Below, in pieces: positions 10,239 through 17,842 of a DNA stretch of 17,842 bases (position 1 is its first letter; each line of letters opens with the position of its first letter). The notes beneath the pieces are model-generated. The model worked only from the letters and a program-made list of their open reading frames with translations. It was not told the origin of the DNA and did no database searches. The position numbers and the translations under genes are program-made. Source of the stretch: Oopsacas minuta (lineage: Eukaryota; Animalia; Porifera); contig JAKMXF010000047.1 in NCBI GenBank assembly GCA_024704765.1, positions 1 through 17,842 of the forward strand, read 5' to 3'.

Positions 10239-10264
10239 CTAGTAGAACTCCGCCCTACGCGTAG
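10239..10264 (-). mobile_element. Candidate Helitron 3' terminus
   Basis: The minus strand reads CTACGCGTAG (10-bp palindrome), then GGCGGAGTTCTA, then CTAG|T. The hairpin is shorter than typical. Confidence 0.35.
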
Positions 10265-10871
10265 ATTTCCGATAGTTCCAGCGAAAGATATATGTGCGAT
10301 ATCGCATTATGAGGTTTTATACGCTACGCGTCTGTCGAAGCAATTTGATTTAGCTTGTTCTCTGGAGCATTCTTTTCCATTAAATAATTTCATGCACATT
10401 TGTAATAAGCACAGTTCAATTTCTAGCTAGGGTGAGAATGTATAAGAACAACTGGCACTGTTGTTTCTTCCATCTATAACTGGTTAGGTTTGAACGTAAA
10501 TAATTATTGTGAAGCATATATCTAATGAGATATTAAGCTTTAAGAGAATATCTAATCCCCAAAATCTTTATTCTGGTTAATTTCTTCTAGTTAATTCATG
10601 GAGCGTTAATGTTAATATGGTATTGTGAGTTTTTTTCTGCAAACTTGTATCATGCTTAATCGAACTCATCCAACTATTGATTGTATTCCTTAGGGAGTAC
10701 ATGTGATAATTAAAAATTTACGAAATTCACGTCAAGTATCTGTATTGGAATGTTATGTAGTACATTAAAATTGAAATTAACTTTTTGATTAGTGATTGCT
10801 TAAATTTTTGGAAGCATTCTTCTAACTAACAAATTTCCTCAACAAGTTGCCATGATGTGATTGATCATATT

Positions 10872-11450
10872 CAGCTGCGGATCCAGGAATTGCTGGTTTG
10901 GAGGGATAATTATCTGGTTGTGGTTCTGGGGGGCGCTGTGGACGACAAGTCCTATTTTCCACATAAGATTCTTTGGCATTCTACTGTCAAGCGACTTCGA
11001 ATCTCGGAATTATTTCTCTCAACTTTGTAATAGACATTTTGGGATGTAATTTTTCGGTTTATTATGTAAGTACATTATCTCATTGAGTATATGAGCATGT
11101 TTTATAACTTGTATACTTTTGCACTTGCACTATGTAATTTTCAAATAATTAGGCACCTATAAATTTCTTTCAGCTTGGACAAAACTTAAGCATATCAAGT
11201 GTTGTTCATGCTCATAATGCCTGTACTAACCCACCGTTACGGTTCAAGACACTACCATCCTTAGAATACAAGGTGCATACCTGGATCCTTGGAAATGTTG
11301 GAAGATTTTAGTGAAAGATGCGAGGCGAAATTACGGGTTGGAATTTTAGCAGTAATTAGTGTATCGGCCTGAATTTCGAATACCACTATGATTTCCTATC
11401 ATTTAAATTCATCTTGGTAGGGGAATATATCCCCCCTGGATCGGCCACTG
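10872..11450. mobile_element. Non-autonomous hAT element (MITE), 579 bp
   Basis: TIRs CAGCTGCGGATCCAGG and CAGTGGCCGATCCAGG match at 13/16. Flanks ATCATATT (10864-10871) and ATCATTTT (11451-11458) form a 7/8 8-bp TSD. Confidence 0.8.
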
Positions 11451-12714
11451 ATCATTTTAATCACAGACTTTATTGATAGAGAATACAATTTTTAGACCAA
11501 TCAAAATGCACGATAAAACTGACCATTGGTTCGGATGCAAGTATCTAGGACTAATGGGATGAAGGGATATTTAATTACAGGACGAATCTGAGTGGTTTAG
11601 ATATATAAACCAACAGATCTTCAGACTTACATTCCATTTTCCAGATTCTTCATTGTATCCCACCATTGCTTAGGTAATTCAAAGGTTTTATAGATTACGT
11701 TGCCTGCATTCCTTGTCTCATTTGGGTAGTCTATTATGCACTACGTTTACCTCCCATAATGTATTTCATGTGTAGTGCTGTACATTATTTCAGTTTGGCC
11801 CAAAATTAATTCAAGTTATTTGTATGTTGTTGTGCTACGTCGCTGATTATGTGATGGATGGTTCTCTATTTCAGTTAATGATTAGGATATTGCAGTGTTG
11901 CAAAGGTATGACTCAAAGTTGATAATACCAGACTTAACGGTTTCATGCCATGTTGTGTCACAGACATAAAGATTCCTACCATATTCATACCACAAACTTG
12001 CAAGTTTGACCTACATACTGAAATGTTCATGACAAGTTCCTTCCATATTTTAGGTAATTATATTTTTATATCCCAAAACCAAATCTATGAACTTAGTACT
12101 TGACCTAGCAACACTTTTTTCATGTTCTATTCTACTCCCATATGGATATGCATTAAGTACTCTGATAATTCAGCTGTAGAATGTGTATTCCAATTTGATA
12201 GAACATGAAATATCAATCTGTTATGAAAATTGTCAACTATAGTACAAACCTTTGCATGGATTTTATTCTCTCGTCTGATCAATCAATTTTGGAAGTGAAA
12301 TGGTTTGCATCTGTGACTATGATTTGAATGCAAATTATTATAATTATATGCATTATTGCAATGCAAGTGGCTACACAATATTACTGTTTTGTCATATGGT
12401 TATCAAATATACAGATTTCGACTTGAATAACTTCGATGTGAAGAGCAACTAGAATTAAGGTGGAGACATCTTTAATTTTGTAATTAACAATTTTAATTGA
12501 CTCATTTTTGTTATCCTAGAATTTCACGAATTTCATTCCTACTCCTCTTAACTATATATATATTTAATATTCTAATACCAAGACCATAAATTGTAAAATT
12601 CCCCATTTTGCCTCTTTAGGCGGTTAACTTTTTCTTATCCAAACGGGGTGGTAAATATTTATAGGAAACTACTTTAGTACCTCTTTCGCATGGTCAAGTT
12701 AGAAAATGGAAATA

Positions 12715-13080
12715 AGTGCATTATACAGGATCATACGAGACTAACCCAAGTAACACTGTTTTTTATGTCATTCTGTATTTTCTTCCACAGCTTTTGACTC
12801 TTTTTAATAGTTTTGATGAAAGGATTACTTACATATCACTGATAATTGCATTATCAAGGTATTAATATGCGAACTTCAGATAAATTACTGTGAATCAGGC
12901 TCTATGTATTTCCTTGGCATTTCTATCAATGGGATTTTGCTTCGTATTGGTTTCTTATGCCTCATAGTTGTGGTAATTATGTTTTCTTTGGCATTTTTGT
13001 CCAGGAAATTAGCTTTTATGTTCTCATATACTCGTTGGTGTGTTGTCTATTTCGATTTTCTAGTTGGTAAGATCATGCCT
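12715..13080 (-). pseudogene. Probable non-LTR retrotransposon (LINE) fragment, C-terminal to the RT core
   Basis: With frameshifts it reads IKANFLDKNAKE..KYI..LIHSNLS-SSHINTLIMQL..SRMILYNALIS. This resembles KYLGVxIDxNLxWxxHIxxL..LYxALI of CR1/L2-like LINEs. Very degenerate. Confidence 0.4.
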
Positions 13081-13369
13081 ACTAACCTGTATTTCTGGGT
13101 TTGAATCCTTTTTTCTTTTGCACTGCAATTTACAAAGCCTTAAATACCTCCATTAAGCAATTTTCTTTATGTTATTACTGTGTAATCATATCACTCATTG
13201 ATATTTACGTAATCCGAATAATGAAACTACACTTCATTGTTTGGAAATTTTATACCATGTATTTTAGTTGGAACTCATGCCGTGACAGATCACGGAGGTA
13301 CCAGGTACTTCAAGTAGTTATATCTTGGAATTTGACTAACCACCTGGCTATGGGTCAATTATTTCCTTG

Positions 13370-14339
13370 GTGACCCTTATTCCTCGTCGATTTAGAATTT
13401 TGTCTCAAGGATATGTGCATGATGTATTGATAGCTAGCTGTTTTCTATTATGCAGTTTAGGTTGGATATGAGTTTACTAGGAAATTAATTTGCGCTTCAA
13501 CTCTGAGTGTCAAATTGGAGGTGGTAATCTAGATGGGTGTAATGATTTAAGAAATTCTTTTGGATTTTGGGTTTCTGTATTTGACTCAATACAGTATCAA
13601 TAGAGTTGTTGATGATAATATTGCAAGGTAGTTTGTTGCGCAGAGAGATATTAATTGCTTCAAATTTCTCATTTCTTGGGCCAAATAGTCCTTACTGAGC
13701 CCTTATTTGTCATTGAATGGTGATGTCATTTTTGATATACAGAATCCATCAACTCGCCTTCTCTCTGTCTGAACAATGTTTCCAAATCCTACTGGAAAAG
13801 TAATCTCTCTATCAACAGGTACAGTTGTCAGGGTTCCATTACCAACATGTAACAGTGGATCTGATAATTTCAACTTTCAAGATCATTTGTTGATAAAGTA
13901 AATTTCTCAAAATGACTCCACAGATTCTAGCATTCATACATGAATCTAATTTATCAGCTCGATTCTTCTCGGTATAACTTGCAGTGTATATCCGAAATCT
14001 CCTGCGATGACCATAGTCACACCTCCAAATAGATTACTATTGTTTCTGATATCTAGCCCAATCGTGTTGCTCCAATCAATGAGAATGCACCTCCAAGAAC
14101 TTTAATATTTTGGCTGAGGGGATATTGATAAGTATAGTCCTGCCACTTCCACCTGGAGCATCCAGAAAAAACAATTACTCCATTCTCTGACATAATCCTT
14201 GTAGATATAGCGTCTATACGTCTGATTGCTCTAGTATTAGGAGTGGTTCATATCCTGTAATCAATTATATTAGTTGTTCTATGTGATAATTCGTTTCTTG
14301 CTCGAATGGCGGATTTGTGGAACTGCCTACTGTATATAC
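13370..14339 (-). pseudogene. Helitron Pif1-like helicase relic
   Basis: ETNYHIEQL..EPLLILEQSDV; Walker A-like LDAPGGSGRT (14136-14165); DIRNNSNLFGGVTMVIAGDFGYTLQVIPR; LLHVGNG; KEFLKSLHPSRLPP (13511-13560). There is an internal deletion after Walker A. Confidence 0.88.
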
Positions 14340-14347
14340 TGGATATG
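14340..14347. repeat. hAT 8-bp target-site duplication, copy adjacent to the 5' TIR (TGGATATG)
   Basis: Identical to 2497-2504. Confidence 0.93.
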
Positions 14348-15523
14348 CAGGGCCGTCGAGAGGGGGTAAGCGGGGTAATTACCCCGGGGCCCGAGAAATT
14401 CTGTCTGTGAAGGTATGCATGGACTTTATTGGCTGCATTAAGTAGACAAGTAAAGGGGAAACAAAGACATCACTGAACAGAGTCATACCTTTGTTATTTA
14501 ATCCTTCCTAGAAACCCAGTCATGACTTTCTTTGTATCAATTATACTTTTTTTCCATTACTAATTCATTTTACGCGATACGATCCAAACGGCAGGCACGC
14601 GTAAATAGGCTAAAAACCTTTTTGTTTCTTTGACTGTTTAGAACAATAAGTCACAACCTGTGATGTCCTCTTATCAACATAAATCTAGTGCCAAATAAAG
14701 GCGAGATAGGCAACAACTTGTGATAGAAGGAAAGAAAGGCTCTCGTTCCTTGTTTGATGTTGGCGTATTTATAGACAACGAATTAGGATCAGAATTAGAG
14801 CTTGAACAAGAGTCACTAGACATCCTCGCCCAAAATGTCGTCATTAAACCACGAAGGCAAGAGATAGAGGTAGAACTAACCGACTCTCGTGTTTGCCATG
14901 CCGCGGATGATGTTCTAGAAGATGAGGCTGATGTCAGCGTTTACGGCGACAGAAATATGAATCAGAAACCCCTTACCGAAGATGAGATCTCAATGAGAAT
15001 GACCACTTGTGAAGAGCATGATACAATGATAACGCCGATCTTACGATTCAGTTTTGAGGTCGGGACCTTGACTGGATCACCAACAGCAAATGATTTGGAA
15101 AAAATTGTCATGGCTGGTCATGTTCCTCATCCAAATCAATTTCCATGCGATGTTGCTGGTAATAAATTTCCAATCTCAGTTCTCAACGTCAAGAAACAAA
15201 ATGGTGAAACAAGTAGTCGAGGTTGGATCGTTTTCAGCCCTACAAAGGTGGCAATTTATTGTTTTCCATGTAGACTTTTTCCCATAAAATCGATTTTCCA
15301 ACACATTCGTTGTTAGCATCTCCTAGTGGATGGAATGCCGAGAAGGAGTGGAGGAAATTAAGGGAAAGACTTCCTTACCATGAGAAAAGTTATTCACATA
15401 AGAAGTGCTACTTCTCCTGGCGTGAACTCCAAATACGCATAGAAAATGATGCCGGCATAGATGTCATCCTCGAAGAGAACTTTTTGTCTGAAGCTGTAAA
15501 ATGGAAGCAGTTGCTCACACGAA
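14348..15523 (+). mobile_element. 5' half of the same hAT transposon
   Basis: TIR CAGGGCCGTCGAGAG (14348-14362) and a subterminal GGGGCCCG are followed by the transposase N-terminus, which is cut by a Chapaev-type end at 15527. Confidence 0.93.
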
Positions 15524-15526
15524 TGA
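14663..15526 (+). pseudogene. hAT transposase N-terminal part with TTF-type zinc finger
   Basis: ATG 14663 reads MSSYQHKSSAK* (stop at 14696) in frame with ORF 14720-15316, which contains RGWIVFSPTKVAIYCFPCRLF. After a frameshift, ORF 15310-15546 has WRKLRERLPYHEKSYSHKKCYFSW..KWKQLLTR. Confidence 0.88.
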
Positions 15527-15656
15527 CACAGGTCAACAAAATTTAACTTCATTTTCTCATCAAGTATTAGATTGACATTTTCTAAGCTAGTTTTTTACGC
15601 TGAATTAAAATCTGCTTTCAGATTCTTTCCAGCACGTCCAGTTTTTTTCCATCTAC
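15527..15656. mobile_element. Chapaev-type terminus facing the hAT 5' half
   Basis: CACAGGTCAACAAA..TTTCTCATCA..GCTGAATTAAAATCTGCTTTCAGATTCTTTCCAGCACGTC is homologous to the inverted end at 301-401. It is flanked by TGA and truncated by an N. Confidence 0.75.
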
Positions 15657-15657
15657 N
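15657..15657. other. Single N, possible contig join
   Basis: It lies between two Chapaev-type ends whose outer flanks belong to different host elements. Confidence 0.6.
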
Positions 15658-15985
15658 GAACAACATTCAAGAAAGTCAAACAAGAGAAAATTTTTAGATT
15701 GAATAGTGCTCATATTACATGTCTATAGTATCACTTTCTTCCATTCATATTAGTAACAATTATATCATTATTCTTTGTGAATGAAATGTTGATATTTTCA
15801 GAAATTTAATTGATCCAATCTAACATATAAGGGTTGAAACCAATTTTGTTCTTTAAATGTAGTAACAGGATTGTGAGGTAACTTGACGTATTGGGGAGAA
15901 ACTGACTAAATAATCGGAATCAGCAACACAGAATTAGTATATATCAGTTAACAAAATCAATACAACTAAAAAGTGTAGGCCTGTG
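15658..15985. mobile_element. Second Chapaev-type terminus, facing the mariner
   Basis: GACGTATTGGGGAGAAACTGAC..GGAATCAGCA..GTGTAGGCCTGTG (reverse complement starts CACAGGCC) has the same roughly 100-bp subterminal layout as the other ends. Confidence 0.6.
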
Positions 15986-15987
15986 TG

Positions 15988-17000
15988 GTCAAATGTTTCG
16001 ATAAATTCCCCTTTGACTTTATACATCGTTTCCATCGTTCTGGTAACTTTTCGAGCCCTGTGGTACAGAATTCTTTAGGGGTCCCTTTTTCCCACTGTTT
16101 TATTCATATTCTAGCTATTTGAAATTCTCAAATCTCTTCCCTCGAAGAGGTCTCTTCATCTTTCCAAACAGCCAGTAGTCGCTGAGAGGGAGGTCTGGAC
16201 TATACGGGGGATGAGGGAGGTATTCGAATCCTAAGTCGTCAATTGCAGCCATTGTCTTGGAGCTTACATGGGGCATTGCGTTGTCATGTTGCACCTATAC
16301 GCGAGGTGTCGACTTGCCTCACCTCTCACTTTTAATCGCTTGACTCAATCTTTCAATTCGTCAACGTAATATTCACTGTTTATGGTTGCTTCTCAGGCAA
16401 CCAGTCGAGGGTATAATTCCTTGCCTATCCCAAGATTCTGTACCATTCTCTTCCCTGCTAATTTTTCGGCCTTTACCTTGATGGGTTCAGGTTTATCACG
16501 TCTCTTCCACTGCTTTGATTGAGTTTTGCCTCTAGTTCATAGTAATGGAACCAAGTTCATCTCCCGTTACTATGCGATCCAAAAGTCTTCCTCTGCCTTG
16601 TATCTTGAAAGTAATTCTTTGCTAATTCTGACCCTTTCGCGTTTTTGTTCTTTTTTGAAAGAAGTTTTGGGACTCAACGCGCAGTTACCTTCGACATTTC
16701 CAGATCTTCAATGATAATCGAGTGTAGTGTGGCTTTTGATATTCCTTCCCTCTCTTCTAACTCTCGCAGGGTTATTCGTCTGTATTCATCCAAAATTGTT
16801 TGGACCCTCTCGATATTACTGCGGGTTTTTGAGGAAGTCGGACGACCTGGACGAGGGTCTGCGTGGAGGTCCTCATCGCCATTATCTAAACGTTTGATCC
16901 ATCATATATATGGTGACTTTCGAAGGACATTCATTACCGAAAATATCCTGCATTTCGCGAAGAATGTACAGGGTGTAACGAAAGTGTTGATACCCTAGAT
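15988..17000 (-). pseudogene. mariner (DD34D) transposase pseudogene, almost full length, no TIRs visible
   Basis: EMQDIFGNECPSKVTIY..DPRPGRP..*VPKLL..DRIVTGDE..QHDNAMPH..LPHPPYSPDLPLSDY has 34 residues between the Asps. The C-terminus runs into the Chapaev end. Confidence 0.92.
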
Positions 17001-17041
17001 AATTCATTAAAACTTATAATATATTTGAGTGATTCGAAATA

Positions 17042-17842
17042 TTATCGGTTTATATATGAACCATTTCGTTCTAATACAATTCTTATACGTTCCGGCATGC
17101 TAGCTACTAAATTCTCTAAAATACTTGCGCTAATGTCTCTCCATGCTGATTTTACTGTTTCTATTAGCTGTTCCCTCCTTGTGATTTGGCCCTCTTCATT
17201 AACCTTCTCTTTCACTATTCCCCAAAGGTTTCCAATAGGGTTTAAGTCAGGGGAGTTCCCAGGCCATTCAATCTTACGCCAGAAAGCATTAAAATGATCT
17301 TGACACCACTTCTGCGTTGCATTGGCCATGTGTTCGGTGCACCATCTTGCATGAAGATGAATTCGGACATATTTTCTAACATTGGCCTCTCCAAAACCAA
17401 TCCATTATTTCGACAACTGTGAACTGCCTCCATACAAGTCTTGGCCAAATTTAATTTAGTAGTATGCACTATTTATTGATTGCCCTTGAGGCATTATATG
17501 CAGTTCTGAAAGTGCCTGATGTGACATCATGCCCCACACATGAATTTTTGTGCTGGAAACTTAACTGAAAATACCGAAGGAACATCTTGCTTATTCTTTG
17601 CCCAAACCCGATTATTTTGTTTGTTTGGCGTTGCAAAAGCTGGAAGGGGGACTCATCTGACCAGATAACCTTTTTCCATTCGTTAACTGTCCAATTTTGA
17701 TGCTCCCGAGCAAAGGTCAGACGATCTTGGATGTTCTTTTGAGATAATCGAAGTATTTCTTGCCTTTTGAAAGACCTAACACCCACAGATTCGGTCAAAT
17801 GATGATACACACACATGAGATATAGGATTGCCTCTATTCTTC
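17042..17842 (-). pseudogene. Tc1-like transposase pseudogene with DD37E-type spacing, running off the right edge
   Basis: RLTFAREHQNWTVNEWKKVIWSDES..FMQDGAP, then after a frameshift WPGNSPDLNPIGNLW (Gly codon GGA at the catalytic Glu position). Confidence 0.9.

Noticed and set aside
11870-12000. Minus-strand VCDTTWHETVKSGIINFESY as a LINE endonuclease (ETW motif) relic
   Set aside because: The resemblance is weak, there are no supporting motifs, and it is on the wrong side of the RT-like fragment.
12904-13373. Hydrophobic ORFs 12904-13104 and 13101-13373 as membrane proteins
   Set aside because: The hydrophobicity follows from T-rich DNA, partly antisense to an A-rich LINE-like relic.
16526-17297. 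Plus-strand ORFs 16526-16714, 16645-16998 and 17025-17297
   Set aside because: They are antisense to the mariner and Tc1 relics.
1-17842. CRISPR array, tRNA/rRNA or prokaryotic operon
   Set aside because: I saw no regularly spaced direct repeats, cloverleafs or intact gene-dense organisation, and all recognisable content is eukaryotic TE.

Overview
AT-rich eukaryotic (probably invertebrate animal) DNA made almost entirely of decayed, nested transposons. I see no intact host gene, RNA gene or CRISPR array. Recognisable relics are: a Chapaev element, a hAT of the DUF4371/hAT-dimerisation type (often annotated 'ZMYM1-like'), a Helitron Rep/Pif1 helicase, a DD37D (maT) element, a RAG1-like Transib transposase, a Charlie/SPIN-type hAT fragment, two mariners, a DD37E-spaced Tc1, MITEs and a probable LINE scrap. 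Two things stand out. (1) A three-level nested insertion (Chapaev inside hAT inside Helitron) is present in circularly permuted order. The hAT 3' half is at 405-2496 and its 5' half at 14348-15523. The same 8-bp target duplication TGGATATG lies outside each end, and both the hAT and Helitron reading frames rejoin in frame across the breakpoints. This implies a >15-kb tandem duplication, a circular intermediate, or mis-ordered contigs at the single Ns (8192, 15657). (2) The Transib relic retains RAG1-like DDE and zinc-ligand motifs, and its 3' terminus reads CACAGTG-10 nt-GCAAAAAGC, resembling a V(D)J recombination signal. All family calls come from motif recognition by eye, not database searches.
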